64,000 nt of DNA. It comes from Thermoanaerobaculia bacterium. GTDB lineage: Bacteria; Acidobacteriota; Thermoanaerobaculia; Multivoradales; Multivoraceae. A model generated the notes under the pieces. The model was given only the letters and a program-made list of their open reading frames with translations, made no database searches and was not told the origin of the DNA. The translations under genes were made by a program, and so were the position numbers. The DNA lies in NCBI GenBank assembly GCA_963664405.1, contig OY761158.1, positions 256,001 to 320,000 on the forward strand, written 5' to 3'. This document shows, piece after piece, positions 29,737 to 40,177 of the stretch (position 1 is its first letter; every line of letters starts with the position of its first letter).

Positions 29737-29773
29737 TAAAACAGCAATGGCGGCTTCTCCGGAGGATTGGCTG

Positions 29774-32612
29774 ATGCGGCTACGTCCCATTACCTCGGCG
29801 ATGCCTTTCGTTCTTCTCGCAACGGCGCTGCTACCTGCAGCAACCGTCTACGCACAAAACGTCGGCACCGTACGTGGGACGGTCAGCTCGCCGGATGGCG
29901 ATCCTCTCCCCGGGGTGCTGGTGCAGGTGACGGGCGACATCGTACGTGGTGAGCGCACCTCGACGACCGGAGCCACTGGCGAGTGGTTGATCCCCGGGCT
30001 GCCGCCGGGGATCGTGACGGTGACCGGAACGCTCGAGGGCCTCGACAACGCCGAGGTCCAAGGTGTGCGTGTCTCCATCTCCGGCGCCGCCACCGTGAAC
30101 CTCACCATGCGTGTCGCCGGGGTCGAAGAGCAGATCACGGTGAGCGGGGAGGCACCCATCATCGATGTGACGAGCTCTTCCTTCGCCAACGACTACCAGG
30201 CAGAGCTCATCGACGCTCTGCCGACGAAGGGGCGCAACTACCAGGAGTTCGCCCTGCTGGCCCCTGGCGTCAACGCGATAGGTCGCGTCGGGAGCGTCGG
30301 AGAGTATGAGGGGTTCATCGGGGCGTACGGCCGCGATTTTGGGTCGCTGGGGTGGAACGTCGACGGACTCGGCGTTGCCCTTCCAGATGACGGCGCTCCA
30401 TTTGGTGGGTCTATCGACCCCGACACCATCGCCGAAATTCAGGTGCTCGGCGCCGGCGCCCCGGCGGAGTACGGAAACACGACCTCAGTGGCCATCAACG
30501 TGGTCACCAAGTCGGGGACCAACACCCACCATGGGCGTCTGGCCTATAACGGTGAGTACGACGACACCACCGCCACCGGGCCCACGCTCCCGGACGGGTT
30601 CGGGGTGGAGCAAGGTTTCGAGAGAGTCACCCAAGAGGGTTACTCCCTGTGGTCGGGCGGGCCCATCAAGAAGGACAAGCTGTTCTATTTCCTGTCGGTC
30701 CAAAACAGGGAGGAGCTCATGCGCAATCCCGGCTACACTGCCAGCATAGACATCCCCGCCGGTCAGGCAGACCACTACAACCTCAAGGTCGATTGGTCGA
30801 TCAACCCGTCGCATACGCTGGTGGGGGCGTACCAGTGGGAAGAGGTTGCCAGACCGAGCTTCTCAACGACGGGGGGTTACATACTCACCAACCCGAATTC
30901 CGTCGGCATTCAGAACACAAGCGGCCAGCCGTACTGGCGCGCCGGCTACCAGGGGATTCTGGGTTCCAACACCATCCTCGAGGCCAACTGGTCGAACATC
31001 TACTCCATCCTCGATCATGTCTCGGCGACCGGCAGTTTTGAGTCGCCATTGATCGACTTCAACACCTCTCCCGCCACGTCCCTGGGCGGATTGATTTATC
31101 CTTATCTCTACCCCGTCTGGTTTTCTCGCGGCCACGCCAAGGTGACGCACTTCGCCGACGATCTCGCCGGCAGCCACGAGTTCAAGTTCGGTGTCCAGTA
31201 CAGCAACAACGGTCAGAAGGCAGGGGGCGTCTTTCCCGGTTTCGGCGGCACGTACTACTACATATACGGGGCCAACTACTACGTCTACGCCCGCGATCCT
31301 CACTACTACGGCGTCAAAGGAGAGGATATCGGGATCTACGTCGACGACTCGTGGCGTATCAACGAAAGGCTGACCGTGAACATCGGGGTGCGCGCCGACC
31401 AGGCCTATTCTGATCTGCCTTCCTTTCCGATAATCGACGAATACAAATGTAACGAGATCGGCTGCGGCGTCGTCGTTCCCGGAGAGTTCTCGAACCACTA
31501 CTCCGACGTCGTCGACTATGACAGCGTCGACCCGCGCCTCGGAATCGCCTACCAGGTCGGTGAGGGACGCAGGCAAGGGGTGCTGCGGGCGTCGGCCGGC
31601 AGGTACCACGAGTTCAACGTCGTCTCCATGTGGCAGATGCCGCACCCCGATCGGCCCCAGGCGCGCTTCGGCTACAGCCCCAACCGGTACGGCCCGTTCT
31701 ATTACTTCTTCGAGAGCTCGGAGACCATTCTTCGAGAGCTCGGAGACCAGCTTCGGGCTACCGGCCCAAGGCATGGGGCGACCCGAGAGCGACCAGTTCT
31801 CGGTCGGCTACGAGCAGCAGCTCGGGAACTACAAAGTCGGCCTTCAGATCATCACAAGTGAAACGACGGATCTGATTGGCTGGCAGCTCGACGAGGGCGG
31901 CGTCTACGAGGACTTTCCCTACGTCAACCCCTTGACCGGCGAGACGATGATCCTCCAGAACCAGATCGTGGAGCCCACCGCTCGAAAAGGCAACGCGCCC
32001 GGAGCGGAAGTACCGGGCAGGGAGTACACGCAGGAGTACGAGGCCGCTTTCCTCACCTTCGAGAAGCGCCACACCGGCGGCTGGTCGCTGTACTCGTCCC
32101 TCGCCTGGTCGGAGACGAAGGGATTCCAGGCTCGGCCACTCACCCAGAGCCAAGGGCAAACTTACTTCCACAGTGATGATGGCAAAGATCCGAACCACCA
32201 TCTCTTCAATGGAGGCCTCGGATCAGCCGACCGTCCGTGGGTGTTTCGGGTTCAGGGAATGGTCGACCTGCCCTGGCAGCTCAAGGCGACAGCCAACTTC
32301 AACTATCAGGACGGCAGACCGTGGAGACATCAGGCGCGCGTGGGACTGAACCAGGGGTTTGTCACGGTTCCACTCGAGCCGATGACCGGCGACCGCCGGT
32401 ATCCAACCAACACCAACCTCGACCTCGGTCTTATGCGTCGGTTCCTGCTCGGCGATCGGCTCGGGTTGAGCGTCGACCTCCAGGTGTTGAACGTCTTCAA
32501 CGACGACACCCACTATTTCTGGGGGGGCTACGGCTTATACCCCCTTGAGCTCACTCCCTCGCACTACACCTATCCGCGGCGGCTGGCGGTGCGGGTGGGT
32601 GTGGACTGGTAG
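29774..32612 (+). pseudogene. Oar-type TonB-dependent receptor copy 2, frameshifted by a 22-bp tandem duplication
   Basis: GGAGG RBS; TTCTTCGAGAGCTCGGAGACCA occurs twice at 31706-31749; removing one unit restores YFFESSETSFGL (copy 1: YFFETSEDTFGL). Confidence 0.88.
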
Positions 32613-32614
32613 AC

Positions 32615-33121
32615 ATGAGAGAGACACCCGAGGCCCGACTCCTCGTCGATCGCCGTCGTCTACTGGCGTCGACCTCGTTGGGAGTCGCTGCGGCGGCTTT
32701 CCTGCCGCGGTCGGCGCGCGCCGACCTGACGGCGGACGAGAAGGCGCATTTACAGACCGCTCGCGACTTCACTAAGGCGCTGGAGACGCCCGACTGGGAT
32801 CGGGTCGAGAGCCTCCTCGCCGAGGACGCCCGATTCTGGACCCACATGGACGCGGCCACCGGCGGGGACTGGGCCCGCAAAGGGGTGAAGGGCCGAACGG
32901 CGATCATGGACACGATGGAGTCGTGCTGCTTTGACAACACGGATCTGAAGCTCATGATCACGCGCGAAGAGGCGCTCGGACACGTGGTCATCCAGGAGCG
33001 TCAAGATAGTTACACCGACGGGGACGGCACTCGAGTCGATGTGGCCATCACCAGTATGTTCCTCGTCCACAAGGGCAAAATCGAGGTTTGGTTCGAGCTT
33101 ATCGGGGAGCTCCCCGCCTAG
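32615..33121 (+). CDS. Tat-exported NTF2-like protein, copy 3
   Basis: DRRRLL; VIQERQD (LEH-like ERxD); ESCCFDN. Confidence 0.8.
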   Translation: MRETPEARLLVDRRRLLASTSLGVAAAAFLPRSARADLTADEKAHLQTARDFTKALETPDWDRVESLLAEDARFWTHMDAATGGDWARKGVKGRTAIMDTMESCCFDNTDLKLMITREEALGHVVIQERQDSYTDGDGTRVDVAITSMFLVHKGKIEVWFELIGELPA

Positions 33122-33231
33122 CGAATCGGCGAACCGGAGAGGGTGCACGACACCAGAGTGATGAGCTGGATCCGGGTTGACGTTCCGTAGGGCTTGGCGA
33201 TAGTGTTCTGACAGCTCTATAGACTGTCAGA

Positions 33232-33663
33232 ATGGAGGCTGCTATGACCGACACTCCGCCCCGCCTTGCCGAGCTAGAGAAGCGACGCCGAGAAGTGCGA
33301 GAGCTGCTGGCCAATATCGGGGAGATGCGCCCCGGATCTTTGGTCGGACGCTACCGCAAGTGTGGCAAGCCGGGCTGCCACTGTGCTCGGCCCTCCGAGC
33401 AGGGGCATGGCCCCAGCTGGTCACTCACCCGCCGAGTCGAGGGCAAGACCGTGACCAAGGTAATCCCCCCAGGCCCAGGCGTCGAGCGCACCAGAGTGCA
33501 GATTGACGAGTGCCGGCGCTTTCGGCGCCTGGCTCGGGAGCTGATCGAGATCAACGAGCAGCTGTGCGACGCGGCACTGCGAAGGGCGGAGGGTCCGGGG
33601 GAGCAAAAAGGGGGCTCCAGACGATCTTCGAGGCCGAGATCGCGACCGAAGTCGAGACGCTGA
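33232..33663 (+). CDS. DUF6788-like zinc-finger ORF of the ISKra4 element
   Basis: MRPGSL..RYRKCGKPGCHC...HGP motif; overlaps the transposase frame. Confidence 0.75.
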   Translation: MEAAMTDTPPRLAELEKRRREVRELLANIGEMRPGSLVGRYRKCGKPGCHCARPSEQGHGPSWSLTRRVEGKTVTKVIPPGPGVERTRVQIDECRRFRRLARELIEINEQLCDAALRRAEGPGEQKGGSRRSSRPRSRPKSRR

Positions 33664-34961
33664 TCAGCCCAGAGGCGGTCGAGGCGCTCGACTTTGAGGC
33701 CTTGGAGACGAGCGTGCGCCGGCGGGCCCTCGAGCTGGCGGCGCGGGCGGTCGAGCAGCGGCTCAATTCGGATCACACCGATCACGTCGGTGCGGCGGCG
33801 CCGTGCGACTGCGGTCAGACGGCTCGCTACGCGGGTCGTCGGGCCAAACGCTTCGAGACCGTGCTCGGAGCGATGCGCCTGGAGCGGGCGTATTACGACT
33901 GTCCCAACTGTAAGACAGGCTTCTGCCCTCGCGACCGGGGGCTGGGTCTGGAAGGGCGCTCGCTGTCGCCGGCCGTCACCCGGATGGTGGGCACCGTTGG
34001 TGCCCTGGTGAGCTTCCAGGAGGGCAGCGAGCTGCTCTCGGAGCTTTCGGGGATCGAGGTCGGCGCGAAACAGGTGGAGCGCACCGCCGAGGCCTTGGGG
34101 CGTGAGATCGCCCAGCATGAGCGACAGGTCGTCGAGTCCGCCAACTCTTCCGAGATCCCGGAGACACTGTACCTGGGAGTGGACGGCACCGGGGTGCCGA
34201 TGCGCCGCTGCGAGCTTACCGGCCGCCCGGGCAAGCAGCCCGACGGATCGGCCAAGACCCGGGAGGTGAAGCTTTGTACGCTCTGGAGCGCCGAAGCCCG
34301 CGACGACGAGGACCGCCCGGTGCGCGATCGGGGCTCGGTGAGCTACTCCGCCGCCATCGAGACGGCGGCTACTCAGGACGTGGACTCAACCGTGGCTCCC
34401 TTCTGGCAGCGAGTCGAGCGCGAAGCGAAGCGTCGAGGCTTCGATCGTGCCCGACGCCAGGTCTTCCTCGGCGATGGGGCACTGTGGATCTGGAATCTCG
34501 CCGACGAGCTCTTTCCTCGGGCGACCCAGATCGTCGACCTCTTCCACGCCATGGAGCACCTCAGCGAGGTGGCGCGGGCGATCTATGGAGCCTCCAGCGA
34601 CCTCGCCACCGCCTGGGCTCGGCAGCGCTATGACGAGCTCGAGGCCGGAGACCTCGACGCCCTTCTCGGAGTCCTCCGTACGCACCAGACCAGCTGTGAG
34701 GAGGCTCGCAAGGCGGCGGCGTACTTCCAACGCAACCAACACCGTATGCGCTACCATCGCTTCCGCGCCAAAGGGCTCTGCACCTCGACCGGCGTCGTTG
34801 AAGCCGGGTGCAAGGTCGTCGTCGGCCACCGCCTCAAGCGCGCTGGGATGCACTGGAGCCTCAACGGCGCTAACGCCATCCTGGCTCTGCGCTGTGCGAG
34901 GCTCAGCGGCCGATTCGAGATGTTCTGGAACTCCACACACCGCTGCCGACACACTGCGTAA
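33510..34961 (+). CDS. ISKra4 family transposase (true start uncertain, possibly frameshift-fused)
   Basis: YLGVDGTGVP, FLGDGALWIW, VDLFHAMEHL and GVVEAGCK...RLKRAGMHWS motifs. Confidence 0.88.
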   Translation: MPALSAPGSGADRDQRAAVRRGTAKGGGSGGAKRGLQTIFEAEIATEVETLISPEAVEALDFEALETSVRRRALELAARAVEQRLNSDHTDHVGAAAPCDCGQTARYAGRRAKRFETVLGAMRLERAYYDCPNCKTGFCPRDRGLGLEGRSLSPAVTRMVGTVGALVSFQEGSELLSELSGIEVGAKQVERTAEALGREIAQHERQVVESANSSEIPETLYLGVDGTGVPMRRCELTGRPGKQPDGSAKTREVKLCTLWSAEARDDEDRPVRDRGSVSYSAAIETAATQDVDSTVAPFWQRVEREAKRRGFDRARRQVFLGDGALWIWNLADELFPRATQIVDLFHAMEHLSEVARAIYGASSDLATAWARQRYDELEAGDLDALLGVLRTHQTSCEEARKAAAYFQRNQHRMRYHRFRAKGLCTSTGVVEAGCKVVVGHRLKRAGMHWSLNGANAILALRCARLSGRFEMFWNSTHRCRHTA

Positions 34962-35054
34962 CAGCCGCACCCAACCACCTCATCTCACAAATCTGACGTA
35001 CACCCAACCGGAGAGGGCTCGCCCCGGGCGCCGCATCTCCAGAAGGAGGACGAC

Positions 35055-35534
35055 ATGGGTTCGACACCAGGCCCCGCACAATCTTCCGCGCTGGCGGACC
35101 CGGCCGGCGCCGCCGCGCACTTTCTGCTCGGAGAATGGGAGGTCACCGTCGGCGACGGTACGCCTATTGGCAAAACCCTCTGGGAGCTGGGTCCCGAGGG
35201 CTGTTACCTGGTCCAGAAGTGGACCGGCCTCGCCGAAGGCGTTCCAGATTCTCTCTGCCTGCTCGCCTACAGCAGCGAAGAGAACAACTGGGCGCTCTTT
35301 GCCGGAGAGTCGAAGCCAGGCGGACGGCGCTCGCTATTCGAAGACGGAAACATGGTTGGCAACGAACTTCGCTTCGTCACCAAGGAAAGCGGAGGCTTGG
35401 CAAAGGGCAAGGCGGGCCGCTTCAGCTACTTCAACCTGCCCGACGGCCGGATCCGCGAGCTATCGCTGCTTTCGTCGGACGGGGGCGAGACCTGGGAGAC
35501 CGAGTACGATCTGGTCTGGCAGCGAAAGAAGTGA
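35055..35534 (+). CDS. DUF1579-like protein copy 2, lacking the signal peptide
   Basis: Same AAGGAGGACGAC RBS as copy 1; hydrophobic signal region absent. Confidence 0.75.
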   Translation: MGSTPGPAQSSALADPAGAAAHFLLGEWEVTVGDGTPIGKTLWELGPEGCYLVQKWTGLAEGVPDSLCLLAYSSEENNWALFAGESKPGGRRSLFEDGNMVGNELRFVTKESGGLAKGKAGRFSYFNLPDGRIRELSLLSSDGGETWETEYDLVWQRKK

Positions 35535-35564
35535 GTCCGGGTAGGGTCGCGCGGGAAAGAAAGC

Positions 35565-36773
35565 ATGAAGAACGATAAGGCGTTGCGGGCTCGGGCCGAG
35601 CGGGTGATTCCCGGAGGCATGTACGGGCACCAGTCGGTGTCCTACAGGATGCCGAAGAACTACCCGCAGTTCTTCGCGCGTGCCGAAGGCTGCCGACTGT
35701 GGGACGTGGACGACAACGAGTACATCGACTTCATGTGCTCGTACGGACCCATGATTGCCGGCTACCGCAATCCGCGCATCTGCGCTGCGGCCGATGCGCA
35801 GCGCGGCGCGCTCGACATCGCGAACGGCCCACCGGCCCTCATCGTGGACTTGGCCGAGCGCCTGGTAGCTCAAGTCGGGCACGCCGACTGGGCGATCTTC
35901 GCGAAGAACGGCAACGATGCGACGACGGTCTGCAACATGGTCGCGCGAGCCAAGAGTGAGAAGCACAAGATCCTGGTTGCGGCCGGCGCTTACCACGGCT
36001 CTCAGCCGTGGGCAAACCACTTGTCGCGTGGAACGCCGGCAGAGGAGCACGCGAACTACCCGACGTTCACGTACAACGACACAGAAAGCCTGCGCGCGGC
36101 CGCCGAGGCTTCCGCCGGCGACCTCGCGGGAATCGCCGTGTCGGCCTTCAAGCACGACGCGGGCTACCCGCAGGAGCTCGTCGACCCGGCCTTCGCCCGC
36201 GCGGTGCGCCAGATCTGCGACTCGGAGGGAGCCGCCCTCATCCTTGACGAGGTGCGGGCCGGGTTGCGTCTGTCGCTGGATGCGAGCTGGGCGACCCTTG
36301 GCGTCGAGCCGGACCTCTCGGCGTGGGGCAAGGCGATAGCAAACGGAGAGCCGCTTGCAGCAGTTCTGGGCAGCGAGGCGTACCGGGACGCCGCGTCGCA
36401 GATCTTTGTCACGGGCTCGTTCTGGTATCAGGCCGCGCCCTTTGCGGCGGCGCTCGCGACGCTCGACGTCGTAGAGGAGCTCGACGCGCCGACCCGGCTC
36501 CTCGAGCTGGGCCAGGCGTTCAGGGCCGGGCTTGCCGAGCAGGCGCAGCGCTACGGCCACGCGATCCAGCAGACCGGTCCGCCGCAGATGCCGACCGTGA
36601 TGTTCGAGGACGACCCCGAGCTATCGAAGGGCCTTGCGTTCTGCGGGCATGCGCTCGCCAACGGAGTTTACTTACACCCCTGGCACAACATGTTCCTGTC
36701 CGTGGCGCACACCGAGCGCGACATCGAGCAAGCCCTGGCCGGCACAGCGCGCGCCTTCCAGGCGCTCGGCTGA
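35565..36773 (+). CDS. Class III PLP aminotransferase, FumI (aminopentol aminotransferase)-like
   Basis: LILDEVRAG and WGKAIANG (PLP Lys); RAERVIPGGMYGH, HADWAIFAKNG, IFVTGSFW and QTGPPQMP segments resemble Sphingopyxis FumI as I recall it. Confidence 0.85.
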   Translation: MKNDKALRARAERVIPGGMYGHQSVSYRMPKNYPQFFARAEGCRLWDVDDNEYIDFMCSYGPMIAGYRNPRICAAADAQRGALDIANGPPALIVDLAERLVAQVGHADWAIFAKNGNDATTVCNMVARAKSEKHKILVAAGAYHGSQPWANHLSRGTPAEEHANYPTFTYNDTESLRAAAEASAGDLAGIAVSAFKHDAGYPQELVDPAFARAVRQICDSEGAALILDEVRAGLRLSLDASWATLGVEPDLSAWGKAIANGEPLAAVLGSEAYRDAASQIFVTGSFWYQAAPFAAALATLDVVEELDAPTRLLELGQAFRAGLAEQAQRYGHAIQQTGPPQMPTVMFEDDPELSKGLAFCGHALANGVYLHPWHNMFLSVAHTERDIEQALAGTARAFQALG

Positions 36774-36795
36774 GCCGACGGCGCCCGGGATTGGG

Positions 36796-38181
36796 ATGTC
36801 AGAGACGGCCGATCAAGCCTCGCCCGCAGCTGAGCGAGAGTCGCCCTACCCGGCGCCAGCCTACGCCTGGTACTGCGTCTTCATCCTGACGGGGATCTAT
36901 CTGAACTCTTTTCTCGATCGGCAGATCCTCGGCCTCCTGGTCGACCCGATCAAGGCCGACATGAAGATCTCGGACACCCAGATGGGTTTTCTCATGGGCC
37001 CCTCGTTTGCGATCGCCTACATCATCGCCGGGCTGCCGCTCGGTTGGCTGGCGGATCGGATGAGTCGGCGCTGGTTGATCGCCCTCGGCCAGTTCTTCTG
37101 GTCGCTCGCCTCGGTGAGCTTCGGACTCGGACGCACCTACTCTCAGCTTCTTGCGGCACGAATCTGCGTCGGAGTCGGCGAGGCATCGCTTGGGCCATCG
37201 GCCTATTCCCTGATTACCGACCTCTTCCCGCGGCGTCGCCTTTCCACGGCTATGAGCGTCTACGGCCTCGGGATCTTTCTGGGAGGCGGTCTCGCCAATT
37301 TGGTCGGCGGCTACGTCCTCGAACTCGTCGGAACCGGCACGCTTTACGATCTGCCTTTCGTCGGTCCGCGCAAATCCTGGCAGATGGTCTTCTTTATCAT
37401 CGCCACGCCGACCATTCCGCTCACTCTCTTGCTCCTGACAATACGCGAGCCGATTCGCAGAGGAGTGCACAAAATAGTAGGAGAGGACGGCACGGCACGG
37501 GCGGCGAAGCTGCCGCTCTCGGCCTTCTTGCGCTACGCCCGTCGCAACGCCAAGACCGTACTGAGCCACAACATCGGGTTCGCCTGGCTCTCCTTCGCCG
37601 GCTACGGTTCCGGCGCCTGGGTACCGTCGCTCTTTATTCGCATCCACGGCTGGGAGCCCGCTCTGACCGGCAAGGTGCTGGGTGTGATCCTTATCACCGT
37701 CGGCCCCCTCGGGATCCTGACCGCCGGCTGGCTCGCCGACTGGCTCGGGGAGCGCGGCTACCGTGACGCCACGATCCGCGTCGGCCTGTTCTCGGCCTTG
37801 GCCCCCTTGCCGCTCGTCGTGGCCTACCCGCTGGTGCCGAACGCGACCTTGGCCATCGTGCTCTACGCCGTTGCCTCCTTCTTCGGGGCGATGCCGTGGG
37901 GGATTGCAGTGGCGGCCATCCACGAGATGATGCCGAATCAGATGCGCGGGCAGGCGACGGCCGTCTATCTTTTCGTGGGCGGCCTTCTCGGCACGGCCTT
38001 AGGCCCACAAATCGTGGCGATCGTCACCGACTACGTCTTCAAAGACGAGATGATGGTGCACTACTCGCTGGCTTTGACTGCGTTAATCGCGAAGGCGTTC
38101 GCCGTCGTCTGCTTGGCGATCTGTCTACGCCACTATACGAAGAGCTTGGATCGACTCGAGAGCTGGTCCTTCGACGACTAA
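36796..38181 (+). CDS. Spinster-family MFS transporter
   Basis: SFLDRQILGLLVDPIKAD..ISDTQMG, G.LADRMSRR, ARICVGVGEA and REP.R motifs. Confidence 0.88.
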   Translation: MSETADQASPAAERESPYPAPAYAWYCVFILTGIYLNSFLDRQILGLLVDPIKADMKISDTQMGFLMGPSFAIAYIIAGLPLGWLADRMSRRWLIALGQFFWSLASVSFGLGRTYSQLLAARICVGVGEASLGPSAYSLITDLFPRRRLSTAMSVYGLGIFLGGGLANLVGGYVLELVGTGTLYDLPFVGPRKSWQMVFFIIATPTIPLTLLLLTIREPIRRGVHKIVGEDGTARAAKLPLSAFLRYARRNAKTVLSHNIGFAWLSFAGYGSGAWVPSLFIRIHGWEPALTGKVLGVILITVGPLGILTAGWLADWLGERGYRDATIRVGLFSALAPLPLVVAYPLVPNATLAIVLYAVASFFGAMPWGIAVAAIHEMMPNQMRGQATAVYLFVGGLLGTALGPQIVAIVTDYVFKDEMMVHYSLALTALIAKAFAVVCLAICLRHYTKSLDRLESWSFDD

Positions 38182-38192
38182 AGGAGCGCGCC

Positions 38193-39167
38193 ATGGATTT
38201 CTCGCAAACGGAACTGCTCGACGTCTACCGTCTGATGCGAACGATTCGATCGTTCGAAGAGAAGCTCGAGGAGCTGGTCGCGGCCGGCAAGGTCGGGGGG
38301 TTCATGCACATGTACGCCGGCGAGGAAGCCATCGCGGTGGGCGTGTGTGCGCACCTCGATGACGACGATCAGGTCGGCTCGACCCACCGGGGACATGGCC
38401 ACTGCATCGCCAAGGGGGTGGATGTGAAGGCCATGATGGCCGAGCTCTTCGGCCGCACCACTGGGACCAATCGGGGCAAGGGTGGCTCCATGCATATCGC
38501 CGACGTCGACAGGGGAATGCTCGGCGCGAACGGAATCGTCGGCGGCGGCATTCCGCTGGTGACGGGTGCCGCCCTCAGCGCGCAGGTGCAGGGCCGGAGC
38601 AACGTCGCCGTCAGCTTCTTCGGTGATGGCGCTACCAATCAGGGGCAGTTCCACGAATCGCTGACCATGGCATCGAACTGGAAGCTGCCCGCGGTGTACG
38701 TGTGCGAGAACAATGGCTTCGGCGAGTTCACGCCGACCGATTTCGCAGTGCCCGTGAAGGACATCGTCGAGAGAGCGTCTTCCTACGGAATGCGGGCCGT
38801 CATCGCCGACGGCATGGATTTCTTCGACGTCTACGAGAAGGCGGGACAAGCGATCGAGCTGGCACGTCAGGGAGAGGGGCCGACACTCCTCGAATGCAAG
38901 ACCTATCGGTTCTCCGGCCACTACGTGGGCGACACGACTCCGTATCGCGACAAGGAAGAAGCCGAGGACTGGATCCAGAACCGCGATCCGCTCGATCTCT
39001 TCGAAGCCCGGGTTACCGAAGCGAACCTGCTCGAATCCGACGACTGCCGCACGGTCGACGGCGAGGTGGCCGCCTTTCTCAGCGAAGCCTTCGAGCAGGC
39101 CGAGCAGGGGCCGATGCCCACTCCCGATGACGTCCTGACGGACGTCTACGTGAGGTACAGCGAATGA
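38193..39167 (+). CDS. acoA: TPP-dependent acetoin-dehydrogenase-like E1 alpha
   Basis: AAAGGAG RBS; HMYAGEEA, THRGHGHCIAKG, FFGDGA..(N) TPP motif, TYRF.GH..GD. Confidence 0.88.
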   Translation: MDFSQTELLDVYRLMRTIRSFEEKLEELVAAGKVGGFMHMYAGEEAIAVGVCAHLDDDDQVGSTHRGHGHCIAKGVDVKAMMAELFGRTTGTNRGKGGSMHIADVDRGMLGANGIVGGGIPLVTGAALSAQVQGRSNVAVSFFGDGATNQGQFHESLTMASNWKLPAVYVCENNGFGEFTPTDFAVPVKDIVERASSYGMRAVIADGMDFFDVYEKAGQAIELARQGEGPTLLECKTYRFSGHYVGDTTPYRDKEEAEDWIQNRDPLDLFEARVTEANLLESDDCRTVDGEVAAFLSEAFEQAEQGPMPTPDDVLTDVYVRYSE

Positions 39168-40171
39168 CGCGTGAACTCAACACCGGCGGTGCCATCAACG
39201 AGGCCATCGCGATCGCGATGCGAAGCGACCCGAAGGTGATCCTGATCGGCGAGGACGTGGCAGGCGGTGGCGATCGATCATCGGAAGGCACCGAAGAGAT
39301 GGGCGGCGTGCTCGGCACTACGCGCGGCCTGGTTGGTGAGTTCGGCATGAACCGCGTGCGCGATACGCCGATCGCCGAGATGGGCCTGATCGGAACGGCC
39401 GTCGGCGCGGCGGTTACGGGGCTGCGTCCGATCGCCGAGCTGATGTTCATCGACTTCCTCGGCACCTGTCTCGACCCGCTGCTCAATCAGGCGGCGAAGC
39501 TCCGCTACATGTTCGGCGGCAAGGTGAAGGTGCCGCTCACCGTTCGCACCGTGAGCGGTGCCGGCATGCAGGCCGCCGCCCAACACTCCCAGTCGCTGTA
39601 TTGGATCACCACAGGAATCCCCGGTCTGAAGACGGTGATCCCGTCGTCGCCGCGGGACGCGAAGGGGCTGCTGCTTGCCGCCATCCGCGACGACGACCCC
39701 GTGATCTTCTGTGAAGCCAAGGGCATCTTGAACGAGGTCGGCGAGGTTCCCGAGGGTGATTACGAAATCCCCCTCGGCGAAGCCAACTTGATCCGCGAGG
39801 GCAGCGACGTCTCCCTGGTCGCTTTCGGGGCAATGGTGAAGGTGGCGGTGGAGGCGGCCGAGGCGCTCGACGGCGCCGGCACCAGTGCGGAGATCCTCGA
39901 TCTACGCTCGCTCTCGCCGCTCGACGAAGGGGCGATCCTGCGCACGCTCGAAAAGACCGGGCGTCTGGTCGTGATCGACGAATCGACACCGCGCTGTTCG
40001 GTGGCCCGCGACGTGGCGGCCTTGTGTGTCGACCGCGGCTTCGACTTCCTGCAGGCACCCGTGAAGTGCGTCACGGCGCCGCACACGCCCGTACCTTTCA
40101 GCGCTGTTCTAGAGCAGGCGTTCGTCCCCTCGGCCCAGGACGTTCTCGACGCTGTCGGCGAAATGGGCTGA
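39164..40171 (+). CDS. acoB: Acetoin-dehydrogenase-like E1 beta
   Basis: GEDVAGG, DTPIAE, ELMFIDF, AAAQHSQ and APHTPVPFS motifs. Confidence 0.88.
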   Translation: MTRELNTGGAINEAIAIAMRSDPKVILIGEDVAGGGDRSSEGTEEMGGVLGTTRGLVGEFGMNRVRDTPIAEMGLIGTAVGAAVTGLRPIAELMFIDFLGTCLDPLLNQAAKLRYMFGGKVKVPLTVRTVSGAGMQAAAQHSQSLYWITTGIPGLKTVIPSSPRDAKGLLLAAIRDDDPVIFCEAKGILNEVGEVPEGDYEIPLGEANLIREGSDVSLVAFGAMVKVAVEAAEALDGAGTSAEILDLRSLSPLDEGAILRTLEKTGRLVVIDESTPRCSVARDVAALCVDRGFDFLQAPVKCVTAPHTPVPFSAVLEQAFVPSAQDVLDAVGEMG

Positions 40172-40177
40172 GCGAAC

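Larger units (their letters stand above)
33141..35005 (+). mobile_element. ISKra4-family insertion sequence
   Basis: IRs GGGTGCACGACA / TGACGTACACCC; 9-bp direct repeat AACCGGAGA at 33132-33140 and 35006-35014. Confidence 0.88.

Noticed and set aside
35565-36773. Housekeeping hemL
   Set aside because: Lacks the HemL PGGVNSPVR motif (has PGGMYGH) and sits in a catabolic context
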